A stretch of 64,000 nt of DNA from an uncultured Bdellovibrionales bacterium (GTDB taxonomy: Bacteria; Patescibacteriota; Minisyncoccia; Moranbacterales; UBA1568), in contig CAYTED010000002.1 in the NCBI GenBank assembly GCA_964436855.1, positions 77,925 through 141,924 on the forward strand. The letters run 5' to 3'. The position numbers and the translations under genes are program-made. Shown one piece after another: positions 29,198-37,473 of this stretch (within the stretch, counting starts at the first letter, position 1; each line of letters opens with the position of its first letter). Under the pieces are notes generated by a model that did not search any database, was not told the origin of the DNA, and saw nothing but the letters and a program-made list of their open reading frames with translations.

Positions 29198-29668
29198 TCA
29201 CGAGAAAAAAGATTTGAGCTTTCGCATCACGAGCTTTTTTTGCGCTATCAATTCCAAAAACTCTCTTCGCTGCTGTTCATTCACTTCGGCTTGTCGAGCA
29301 TTTGGAAGTTTTTCCTTCCGAAGCGCTCCCTTTCGTCTTCCACTTCCTTCCATAAGGATAAGTGCAAGCACTTCATCACGAAGTACATAGGTATCCGGCA
29401 ATACATTGAGATCGCGACTCCATGGACGATGTCCGGATCGATATTCATTGATAATAGTTTGTACGATATCTGATGAGAGTTTTCCATAGGTTTTACTCGG
29501 AATGTCTCTCAAGGAATCCAAAACGGAAAAAAGTTCGTCGAAATTTTGACACACAGAAATCTCCCTCCGGGTTGACGGCTCGGTAAAGCTGAGCCCGCGA
29601 TCGTCGCCTTCGCAAGCGACACCTGATACGGAGTTCCTTCGGATTAATGCTGCGTCTCCCGATTCCAA
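29198..29668 (-). CDS. Hypothetical protein with basic C-terminus
   Basis: 156-aa ORF with no recognisable motif. Overlaps a 70-aa plus-strand ORF at its 5' end, so start and reality are uncertain. Confidence 0.35.
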   Translation of the reverse strand: MESGDAALIRRNSVSGVACEGDDRGLSFTEPSTRREISVCQNFDELFSVLDSLRDIPSKTYGKLSSDIVQTIINEYRSGHRPWSRDLNVLPDTYVLRDEVLALILMEGSGRRKGALRKEKLPNARQAEVNEQQRREFLELIAQKKLVMRKLKSFFS

Positions 29669-29866
29669 ACGAGCTCATACATCAGTTGCATCGCCGGCTC
29701 GTTGATGTAGACAATCCTTCCCCTGATTTCATGGAAAAGCTCGCCGGGCGATTTTCCGCCCACTTGAATCTTCGCTTCCATGACAAATTCTCCTTTCAAG
29801 AAACTCCCTCGATAGCCGAGGGTATGCTGTTTTACGGCTTTTTTCAGCCAAATTTCTAAAATTTTG

Positions 29867-30757
29867 TCAAGTACTTTTCACAAAATTTCCGCCTTGGAAG
29901 TTTTGTATTTTTCGAGGGGTGCTCGATTGCTGAATAGCCTCCGACACTAGCTTCTCCCCTTTCGGACGGGCGAATATTCGAAACATGACGAGAAAAAAAA
30001 CGACACTCACCGAGGCGATATACATTGTTCGCATCCACCACGCATTGGAATCCGATCCAGAGAAAAATCCGTGCAGTACCATAAGAATATAGAATGCAAA
30101 TGCGGTGTAATGAATTTTTCGCCACATCTTCGGAGCGATGTTCATACGAAATTCCGCCGTAATGGCAACAAGGAACCCGAGATAAAGCGCGATCACTCCA
30201 AATGCCACCGAAAGATGTAGGTCATATCCGCCAACCGACAAAAAATCACGGTCGAAAAGAAATGGTACAAATGCTTCAAGTGGCGACAGCTTTACAAAAT
30301 CATCGAAGAAAAAACTTGTGAAATGCACCACGGTACTTGTAAGCGCCATCCACGAAAGGAAGCGGTGCGACTCGTAACTCGAGACAATACCAAGCTTCGC
30401 GGACATCCCGGTACTCATTAAGAGGCCATAGATAACGACTGCGGAAAAAAGAAGGAAGGCGACAATACCGCTTGCCCGACCGAGATACCATGTCCACATA
30501 AACTTCGTCGCCGAATTCGAAAGAAGCGAACTCTTCTCATCGAGCGGGTCGGTTTTTTCTTGAATTTCCGTTCCATCGGACACACCATCCGCGTCCGTAT
30601 CCGGATTATTCGGATCGGTATAATACACCGACGTTTCATCGGCATCGGAAAGTCCGTCGAAATCCGTATCCGCGGTTTGCGCGAGTGAAATAAGCGGGAC
30701 GCATACTACCACAAGCGCACACGCGATCAAAAAAAAGTTTTTCTTATTTCCAAACAT
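29867..30757 (-). CDS. Membrane protein with N-terminal TSP3-type calcium-binding repeats and ferric-reductase-like 6-TM domain
   Basis: Signal peptide, then DxDxDGxxDxxE repeats (DTDFDGLSDADE, DTDADGVSDGTE). This is followed by 6 TM helices with conserved His pairs, as in PF01794/MsrQ-like heme-binding domains. The start could alternatively be 30805. Confidence 0.5.
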   Translation of the reverse strand: MFGNKKNFFLIACALVVVCVPLISLAQTADTDFDGLSDADETSVYYTDPNNPDTDADGVSDGTEIQEKTDPLDEKSSLLSNSATKFMWTWYLGRASGIVAFLLFSAVVIYGLLMSTGMSAKLGIVSSYESHRFLSWMALTSTVVHFTSFFFDDFVKLSPLEAFVPFLFDRDFLSVGGYDLHLSVAFGVIALYLGFLVAITAEFRMNIAPKMWRKIHYTAFAFYILMVLHGFFSGSDSNAWWMRTMYIASVSVVFFLVMFRIFARPKGEKLVSEAIQQSSTPRKIQNFQGGNFVKST

Positions 30758-31700
30758 ATGACTTGAACGCCGTTGATTGAAATATTTCTCCATCTTCTCG
30801 GACAAGCATCGCTGGAACGGATTCTTCTTCGATCAGGCGCGTCGCAACGGAAAACCCCAAGAGAAGGAAAGATTTTGCGAGCACGTCCGCCTCTTCCGCC
30901 GTCTTCGCAATGACCGTTGATTGGAGTATATCACTTCGCGAACTCTCTTTTCGAAATGGGTCGATAAGATGATGTTTAGCTTCTCCGGCAATATGCCATT
31001 TTCTCCGATTCCGTCCCGATGTCGCAACTGCATTATCACGAAGCACAAGATATCCAAGGCTGGTAGATAATTCGAGTGGACTCTCTATTTCGATCGCCCA
31101 TCCGTCATATTTATTTTCTTCATCTCGTCCGAAGAGCCTCATATCTCCACCGGCATCCACGATTCCATTACGGTATTTTCCCAGAAGCATTTCCGTTACC
31201 CGATCTACTGCATACCCCTTTCCGATCCCGCCAAGATCGATTTTCGTTTCCACTGACTTTCGAATCGTTCTCGTTTTCAGAGTACACTCAAAATCACCGC
31301 CGGAAGGCAACTCTTTTTGTTTTGATTGATTGGGAATTTCTCCGGCACCGCCTTCTTTCCAAGAGAATCGGTATCCTTCTTTTTCGAGAATCGGAAGAAG
31401 CGTCACATCGAATCGCCCTTCTGTTTTCTCTCTCCACTCCTTCGCACGGGAGAGTATCTCAAAAAGCGTCTCGGATACTACCATTTCCGAAGATCGATTC
31501 AAACAGGAGAGTTCGCTCTCTGGAAGAAATCGACTGAATTGCCGTTCAAAATCATGGAAAAAATCAAACGCTTTTTCGAGATCGTTTTCGAGTTCACTGC
31601 GAGTCTTTCCGAAATCGGAGAGAAACACGTACACCTCGGTCCCAAGCAAGCGTTCGGATCGTTCCGCTGATACAAAGGTATTTCCTTGCTTGCTCATCAC
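30744..31700 (-). CDS. apbE: FAD:protein FMN transferase (ApbE family)
   Basis: ApbE motifs GGIGKGYAVD and NAVATSG, with Mg/FAD-binding residues near the C-terminus. 318 aa. Confidence 0.85.
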   Translation of the reverse strand: MMSKQGNTFVSAERSERLLGTEVYVFLSDFGKTRSELENDLEKAFDFFHDFERQFSRFLPESELSCLNRSSEMVVSETLFEILSRAKEWREKTEGRFDVTLLPILEKEGYRFSWKEGGAGEIPNQSKQKELPSGGDFECTLKTRTIRKSVETKIDLGGIGKGYAVDRVTEMLLGKYRNGIVDAGGDMRLFGRDEENKYDGWAIEIESPLELSTSLGYLVLRDNAVATSGRNRRKWHIAGEAKHHLIDPFRKESSRSDILQSTVIAKTAEEADVLAKSFLLLGFSVATRLIEEESVPAMLVREDGEIFQSTAFKSYVWK

Positions 31701-32125
31701 GAGGATTTCGTTTTTCGTTTCGTTGTCGGCTTACTTGTGGCTGCCTGCGCAGTGGCTGCCGCTTGCGCTGCCTTCAATTGCGCTTCTTTTTGCTGCGCAA
31801 GGAGGAGTGCCTGTTTCGCGGCAAGAATTTCCGCTTCTTTTTTTGCCTGTGCATCAGCCTCGGCTTTTTTTAACGCTTCTTCCGCAAGACGCCGCTCCTC
31901 TTCGGCTTTCTTTCGCTCCGCCTCCGCCGCTTTCATTTGCGCATACATCTCACCGGTTTTTGTTGCTTCCTCCCGATACAGTGCGTAGGTCTCACGCCGC
32001 CGATCACCTTGTTTTTCCATATCCGCCGACGCGACCAACACGAAAAAAGACCCCGAGAGAAGAAGGGTCACCCCTCCGCCAATGATTCGAATTTTTGTTG
32101 GTAACAACATACGAAACAAGAACAC
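31697..32125 (-). CDS. Membrane-anchored Ala/Lys/Glu-rich coiled-coil protein (TolA domain II-like low complexity)
   Basis: N-terminal TM followed by an AEAERKKAEEERRLAEEALKKAEADAQAKKEAE repeat region. Overlaps the apbE start by 4 nt. Confidence 0.45.
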   Translation of the reverse strand: MFLFRMLLPTKIRIIGGGVTLLLSGSFFVLVASADMEKQGDRRRETYALYREEATKTGEMYAQMKAAEAERKKAEEERRLAEEALKKAEADAQAKKEAEILAAKQALLLAQQKEAQLKAAQAAATAQAATSKPTTKRKTKSS

Positions 32126-32141
32126 CCTCCCTTACAACACA

Positions 32142-34565
32142 CTATTCGTGAAGTCTCGCAGAGAATCGCCCCTCCACTTGTGCGACGATTCGATCGAACG
32201 AATCTTGCATTTCCTCGCTCGTAATCGTTCGATCGCCCGCGCCGAATGAAAGATGAAACGCGAGGTTTCTCGTTTCTCCGGATTCGAAAATGTCGAAAAG
32301 TTCGCAGCGTTTCAACAGTGGCGATCCGGCTTCAAGTATTGATTGTTCGAGATCGGTTGCCAATGTTTTCCGCGGTACAAGGAGCGAGATGTCCCGAATG
32401 GCGTAAGGAAATTTCGGAAGCGGAATATATTCTGTTTCTTTTTTCGGAAGATTCAAGAGTTCGGAAAAAGAAAGTTCGAGGAGCGCCGCTCGACGAGTAC
32501 CGAATTTTTTCAACAGTCGCGGATGGATTTCTCCGCAGACACCGACACACGTTTCGCCGATAAAAACCTTCGCCGTTCGCGCCGGGTGAAACAGTGGCGA
32601 CACGGATTCTGTCGGACGAAACAACAGTCCCTCCGTGTAGCCGATCGAGCGGACGATACGCTCCGTTTCGCCCTTCAATGTTCGATAATTTTCTCCGGAA
32701 CTTTTTTCCTCCTCTGAAAGGACGGCCGCGAGCCGCTTTTCCTCCCCTATTCCATCGTCCGATCGGAAATATATACTCCCAAATTCAAACATTCGCACCG
32801 ATGAAAACCGACGGAAATTCTCAAACGCCTTTTCAATCACGGGCGGAAGAAGTTTCGCCCGCATAAACTCCTGTTCCGGATTCATCGGATTTTCAAGTAC
32901 GAGGTGCGCCACTTGCGGAACACCTGTTTCCGATACGATTTCTTCTCCATAAAACGAATACGTCATCACTTCATCGAACCCAGATGAAACACACTCGTTT
33001 TTCAAACTTCGCTCCAACTGTTTCGCACGATTTCTTTCGGAAACAGAGAGCGGAAGAACCGGAACCGTGGATGGGATATTTTCATATCCGTAAATACGCG
33101 CCACCTCTTCCACAAGATTCCATTCATCGAGCAAGTCTCGACGAAACGTCGGCGCCACCACCCGCCACCGATTCCCTTGTTCTTTTACTTCACATCCAAG
33201 CGCCTCGAGCGTTTCTCGAACCGTCTTCACTTCAACCGATACCCCGAGCATTTTGGAAACAAGAAGCGGGTCGAACGCGATCTCTTTCGGCTCAACCGGA
33301 TTCGGATACACATCCGTCAGTCCGACCGTTTTCGCGCCGCATTCTCGCTCAAACAATTCAATCGCTTTCGCAAATGTTTCGCCCGGAAGATTCGGATCAA
33401 GTCCGCGTTCATAGCGATACGACGCATCCGTTGCCAGCTTGTGTCGCGTTCGCGTCCGGCGGATCGACACCGGATCAAAGGTTGCGATTTCGAGAAAAAT
33501 ATTTTTTGTCTCGCCTGTTACCGCCGACTGCGCTCCGCCCATTACGCCGGCGAGTGCGAGCGCTTTTTTCTCATCAGCGATTACCAAATCTTCTTCGTGT
33601 AATAAAAGAGTCGCGCCATCGAGAAGTTCGAGCGATTCATTGTCTTTCGCGGTACGAACGACAATTTTTCCCTCGATCTTGTCCGCGTCGAACGCGTGCA
33701 TCGGTTGACCATATTCGAGAAGAAAGATATTCGTAATATCGACCGGCGCGCTGATCGAACGCAGGCCATTCACCGCAAGAAATGATCGGAAAGGGAGTGT
33801 GATCGACTTCTCGGAAACACCCTCAAAAAGAATTCCCGCATATCGTGAACACTTTTCGGATTCGATGGAAATATTGATCGGATTTTCCGGAAAATCGGGA
33901 AGTTTTTTATCATCTTTCGAAATGCGTCGCCCTTCGAGCGCTGCGATTTCTCGCGCAAGCCCGCGATAGGAAAGCGCATCACCGCCGCGATCCGGAAGAA
34001 TTTTTACATCGAGAATCGTGTCGTTCAATCCGGCGTATTCCGCAAACGATACTCCCGCTTCAGCATCATCCGGAAGAACAAGGATCCCGTCATGACTTTC
34101 TCCGAGTCCGAGTTCTTTCTCGGAACAGATCATTCCATCTGATTCCACCTCGCGAATTTTTGCTTGCTTGATTTCTATTCCATTTGGAAGTTTCGCTCCC
34201 GGAAGCGCCACCACAACCTTTTGTCTAGCGGCAAGGTTTAGCGCGCCACAGACAATCTGCCGTAATTCACCCCCCTCTTTTCCCCCCTTGGAAAGAGGGG
34301 AAGAATAAGAGGAACCTCCTCTCCTTTCCAAGGGAAGGATTGAGGAGGGGTTTCGAGAGACTTGCACCTGCGCCACATTCAACTTGTCCGCATTTGGATG
34401 TTTTTCAACGGAATGCACGAGTCCGACCACGACATTTTCCAGCCCCTTCCCGAACGACTCAACCGACTCCACCTCAAACGCGCGCATAACAAGCATGTCC
34501 GCCAGTTCCTGCGGAGATTTCTTTGTTCCGGAGAGTTGTTTCAACCAATTATATGAGTACTTCAT
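32142..34565 (-). CDS. pheT: Phenylalanyl-tRNA synthetase beta subunit
   Basis: Starts at the internal Met MKYSYNWLKQL (34565), 5 nt after the pheS stop. tRNA-binding domain, B3/B4, B5 and catalytic-like domains. Contains an extra roughly 28-aa G/S/P-rich insertion after HPNADKL. Confidence 0.9.
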   Translation of the reverse strand: MKYSYNWLKQLSGTKKSPQELADMLVMRAFEVESVESFGKGLENVVVGLVHSVEKHPNADKLNVAQVQVSRNPSSILPLERRGGSSYSSPLSKGGKEGGELRQIVCGALNLAARQKVVVALPGAKLPNGIEIKQAKIREVESDGMICSEKELGLGESHDGILVLPDDAEAGVSFAEYAGLNDTILDVKILPDRGGDALSYRGLAREIAALEGRRISKDDKKLPDFPENPINISIESEKCSRYAGILFEGVSEKSITLPFRSFLAVNGLRSISAPVDITNIFLLEYGQPMHAFDADKIEGKIVVRTAKDNESLELLDGATLLLHEEDLVIADEKKALALAGVMGGAQSAVTGETKNIFLEIATFDPVSIRRTRTRHKLATDASYRYERGLDPNLPGETFAKAIELFERECGAKTVGLTDVYPNPVEPKEIAFDPLLVSKMLGVSVEVKTVRETLEALGCEVKEQGNRWRVVAPTFRRDLLDEWNLVEEVARIYGYENIPSTVPVLPLSVSERNRAKQLERSLKNECVSSGFDEVMTYSFYGEEIVSETGVPQVAHLVLENPMNPEQEFMRAKLLPPVIEKAFENFRRFSSVRMFEFGSIYFRSDDGIGEEKRLAAVLSEEEKSSGENYRTLKGETERIVRSIGYTEGLLFRPTESVSPLFHPARTAKVFIGETCVGVCGEIHPRLLKKFGTRRAALLELSFSELLNLPKKETEYIPLPKFPYAIRDISLLVPRKTLATDLEQSILEAGSPLLKRCELFDIFESGETRNLAFHLSFGAGDRTITSEEMQDSFDRIVAQVEGRFSARLHE

Positions 34566-34570
34566 TGATT

Positions 34571-35635
34571 CTAAAATTGGCGAATAAATCGCACATCCCC
34601 GCTCATAAATAAACGGATATCGGAAATTTTGTACTTCATCATTGCGAGACGCGTGAGTCCAAAACCCCATGCGAATCCTTGGTATTGTCCGCGCGGATAC
34701 CCCGCCGCCTCGAACACTTTCTGATTGACCATTCCGGCGCCACCGATCTCAAGCCAGCCTGTTTGCTTGCATACCGAGCACCCTTGTCCGTCGCAGAGCG
34801 TACAGGAAATATCAAACTCAAACGACGGCTCTGTGAATGGGAAAAAGCTTGGTCGCAACCGAACGGAAATGTGCTTCCCAAAAAATTTCGTGAAAAACGC
34901 TTCCGCGATCCACTTGAAATTCGCCACATTCACGCTGTCGCCCACCATCAAACACTCGAACTGATGAAAAGTGTGTTCGTGCGACGCGTCAGTCGCTTCG
35001 TTTCGAAAAATTCGCCCCGGCACAATCACGCGAAACGGCGGCGTGTGCTGTTCCATATATCGCACCTGTACCGGAGACGTGTGCGTTCGCAACAAATATC
35101 GTTCTCTTTCTGTATTTTCTTCGTTATTTGTTGAGTGTTGAGTGTTGACTGATTTTAGCCAAAACGTGTCCTGCATATCGCGCGCCGGGTGATCAGCGGG
35201 AACATTGAGCGCATCGAAATTATAAAATTCCGTTTCCACTTCCGGACCATCGGCGATGTCGAATCCCATCGATACAAAAATATCCTCAATTTCCCGTTCA
35301 AGAAGAGTGATTGGATGGAGGTGTCCGCGCGGTGTCGCTTTGCCGGGTGCCGTGACATCGATCCATTCCGTATCCGCGGTAAGGGAGGCATCTTCGATTC
35401 GTTCACGCGCTTCTTTGGCCATTTGCTCAAGCGATCGCCTCGTTTCATTCGCAAGCGGACCGATTTCTTTTTTTTCCTCCGACGAAAGATCTTTCAGGCC
35501 CTTCAAAAGCTCATTGAGTTCGCTCTTCCGACCGAGGTGTTTTATTTCCCAATCCGAAAGTTCCGCCTCGCCGGAAATACCGTCGAGCGATTTTTTCGCC
35601 TCCCTTTCGATATCGGCTATTTTTTTCTTCAGCAT
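34571..35635 (-). CDS. pheS: Phenylalanyl-tRNA synthetase alpha subunit
   Basis: Class II motifs (FRNEATDASHEHTFHQFE, GAGMV...GFAWGFGLTRL). 354 aa. Confidence 0.95.
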   Translation of the reverse strand: MLKKKIADIEREAKKSLDGISGEAELSDWEIKHLGRKSELNELLKGLKDLSSEEKKEIGPLANETRRSLEQMAKEARERIEDASLTADTEWIDVTAPGKATPRGHLHPITLLEREIEDIFVSMGFDIADGPEVETEFYNFDALNVPADHPARDMQDTFWLKSVNTQHSTNNEENTERERYLLRTHTSPVQVRYMEQHTPPFRVIVPGRIFRNEATDASHEHTFHQFECLMVGDSVNVANFKWIAEAFFTKFFGKHISVRLRPSFFPFTEPSFEFDISCTLCDGQGCSVCKQTGWLEIGGAGMVNQKVFEAAGYPRGQYQGFAWGFGLTRLAMMKYKISDIRLFMSGDVRFIRQF

Positions 35636-35713
35636 AAAAATCGAGCATTCATCTCATTCAAACATCCTTTCCATTGTAGGAAAAAAGCCTTTTCCGGTCA
35701 AAATCACGCTCTT

Positions 35714-35938
35714 TTAGTGCTCCGCAATATCGAACACTTTTTTCTTTCCGCTCGCCCCAAAACGAAGAGAAAGGCGCGAGGAAGCGATACCCAAATATCT
35801 TGCAAGCGCCCTCATTACCGCCTCATTTGCCTTTCCCTCAAGAGGTGCTGCCTTTACGGAAATATGAAAATGTGTCGGATCAACCGCTTCCACCAACTCT
35901 TTTTTCGCTCGCGCGCGCACCGTTACAAACACTCTCAT
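35714..35938 (-). CDS. DUF167 (YggU) family protein
   Basis: MRVFVTVRARAKKELVEAVDPTHFHISVKAAPLEGKANEAVMRALARYLGI matches the DUF167 fold family. The start is the internal Met, giving an ATGA overlap with the upstream gene. Confidence 0.65.
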   Translation of the reverse strand: MRVFVTVRARAKKELVEAVDPTHFHISVKAAPLEGKANEAVMRALARYLGIASSRLSLRFGASGKKKVFDIAEH

Positions 35939-36699
35939 ATTCCTCCCTTCATCTCCTTGCTCACCGCTTCTCTGTACGCGCAATAGTCGCAGTTCGGATG
36001 TGATTCTGGAATGTGTTCTCCTTGCAGGCATGTATGCGCCCCGAGGAGTGCTTCCTCCACCCACTTGGCATTTCCTTTATATGGGATAAGCGTAACATCA
36101 AATTCAAGTTTTCCGTCAAACGCTTTTCGATCTTTCTTTCCATTGCAATAGACGAAATATCCCGTATCGGAGACGCGATAACCATTTTGTCGCAAGAGCC
36201 ATTGATACACTTCCATCTGCCGTTTGTATCCGATCTGCCAGTCTTTATTCAATTCGGTAATTTCTTCATCCTTCGATGTCGACTTGTAATCAACGACGAT
36301 AAATTCCCCACCGGAATTTTCCCAGAGATCGTCGATCGCCCCGAAAACAAGAAAATTCGTCGAGGTATGGAGAAACTGCACGCCGGTAAAATTGTGTCGC
36401 CATTTCTCAAGGTCTTCGTGCGGAACCGGTCTCGCATCGACGCCATAACGCTCGATAAGCGGATGTTTTGTTCCTGCTCTCCGATGCGTATCAAATTCTT
36501 GTTTCAAAAGATGATCGACCGCGGAATTGAGCGCAAATGGAAATCCAGGCGGACGCGACACTCCGAGCCGTCGATCAAGATAGAAACAGCGCGGACACTC
36601 GAGAAAAAGATCGATTTTCGAGCGCGACAACTTGAACGGTTCGGTTCCGTTCGGATCATAGAGACCTTTTACTCGTTTGGGCGTGTAGTATTCGGACAT
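35935..36699 (-). CDS. PD-(D/E)XK nuclease with Cas4-like Cys cluster (RecB-family exonuclease-like)
   Basis: N-terminal CPRCFYL plus C-terminal C...CDYC gives a four-Cys arrangement like Cas4/AddB Fe-S. Central VVDYKS matches the D...(D/E)xK motif. Confidence 0.6.
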   Translation of the reverse strand: MSEYYTPKRVKGLYDPNGTEPFKLSRSKIDLFLECPRCFYLDRRLGVSRPPGFPFALNSAVDHLLKQEFDTHRRAGTKHPLIERYGVDARPVPHEDLEKWRHNFTGVQFLHTSTNFLVFGAIDDLWENSGGEFIVVDYKSTSKDEEITELNKDWQIGYKRQMEVYQWLLRQNGYRVSDTGYFVYCNGKKDRKAFDGKLEFDVTLIPYKGNAKWVEEALLGAHTCLQGEHIPESHPNCDYCAYREAVSKEMKGGI

Positions 36700-36706
36700 G
36701 ACGCTA

Positions 36707-37009
36707 TTATAGCATTACCTCAAGCGTCAGAGTGACTGTTTTTCCTTTTTGAATGCCTTCCTTCATACGCACGGCCGCCTTGATCGGAAGAATGTAGGTT
36801 TCGGATTTTTTTTCCGGAAACACCGATGTTCGCCATGATGTTTTCCCAATGGTCACCTTAACCGGAATCGATCCCCAGCCTTTCGCATTTTTCCCGAATG
36901 TATCCTTCATTATTTTCGATTCCTTTTTCGGAACGCTCGCAAAATGCCACGCCGCCTTTTCAGCCGCATACAACCACACCTCGGATTTCACACGAAAAAT
37001 TTTTTTCAT
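36707..37009 (-). CDS. DUF1905-like small protein
   Basis: GWGSIPVKVTIGKTSWRTSVFPEKKSETYILPIKAAVRMKEGIQKGKTVTLTLEV resembles DUF1905. The start is taken at MKKIF, directly after the upstream stop. Confidence 0.45.
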   Translation of the reverse strand: MKKIFRVKSEVWLYAAEKAAWHFASVPKKESKIMKDTFGKNAKGWGSIPVKVTIGKTSWRTSVFPEKKSETYILPIKAAVRMKEGIQKGKTVTLTLEVML

Positions 37010-37010
37010 A

Positions 37011-37409
37011 TCACTTTGCTTCAGCATTCGGTTCGTGCACCCCGAAGGTATTTCCTTCGGTGTCAAGGAAATATCCCTGCCATGCCATTCCGGGAATCGC
37101 GAATTTTTCCATCGCCACCATACCACCCGCGGCAAGAATTTTTTTCGCCGTCTCGTCAAAATTTTCTACCTGTGCCGTGCAGACAAATGCGTTCGCACCG
37201 CACATTTTCTCCGGCATTGTCGCCCCCTTCGGTCGCGGCAAAAGCCCACCATTGATTCCCGGCTCCGTACTCCCCTTTTCCGCCGTCATTACCATCCAGT
37301 ATTCATTTTCTCCCCAACGCTCGAAAGTCCACCCGAACACGTCGCGATAAAATTTCATCGCGCGATCCGGATTATCCACCTGAATTTCAAAATGCACGAC
37401 TCGGTTCAT
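37011..37409 (-). CDS. VOC (glyoxalase/bleomycin-resistance) family protein
   Basis: 132 aa. N-terminal HFEIQVDNPDRAMKFYRDVFGW and a paired beta-alpha-beta-beta-beta module with metal-binding H/E positions. Confidence 0.7.
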   Translation of the reverse strand: MNRVVHFEIQVDNPDRAMKFYRDVFGWTFERWGENEYWMVMTAEKGSTEPGINGGLLPRPKGATMPEKMCGANAFVCTAQVENFDETAKKILAAGGMVAMEKFAIPGMAWQGYFLDTEGNTFGVHEPNAEAK

Positions 37410-37473
37410 AGAACAATAATAAGAAAGTTAGTTTTCTATTTTATTACATTCGAACGTTGTTTTTTTCGCAGTG

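Noticed and set aside
31330-32085. 251-aa plus-strand ORF with Ser/Pro/Leu low complexity
   Set aside because: It is antisense to the apbE / Ala-rich protein genes. Its composition is driven by the GC-rich alanine codons of the opposite strand.
34565-34670. 35-aa N-terminal extension of pheT in the ORF-track frame
   Set aside because: The canonical PheT start MKYSYNWL begins at 34565, 5 nt after the pheS stop. The extension would overlap pheS.
35189-35986. 265-aa plus-strand ORF
   Set aside because: It is antisense to pheS and the DUF167 gene, which have strong homology. Shadow ORF.
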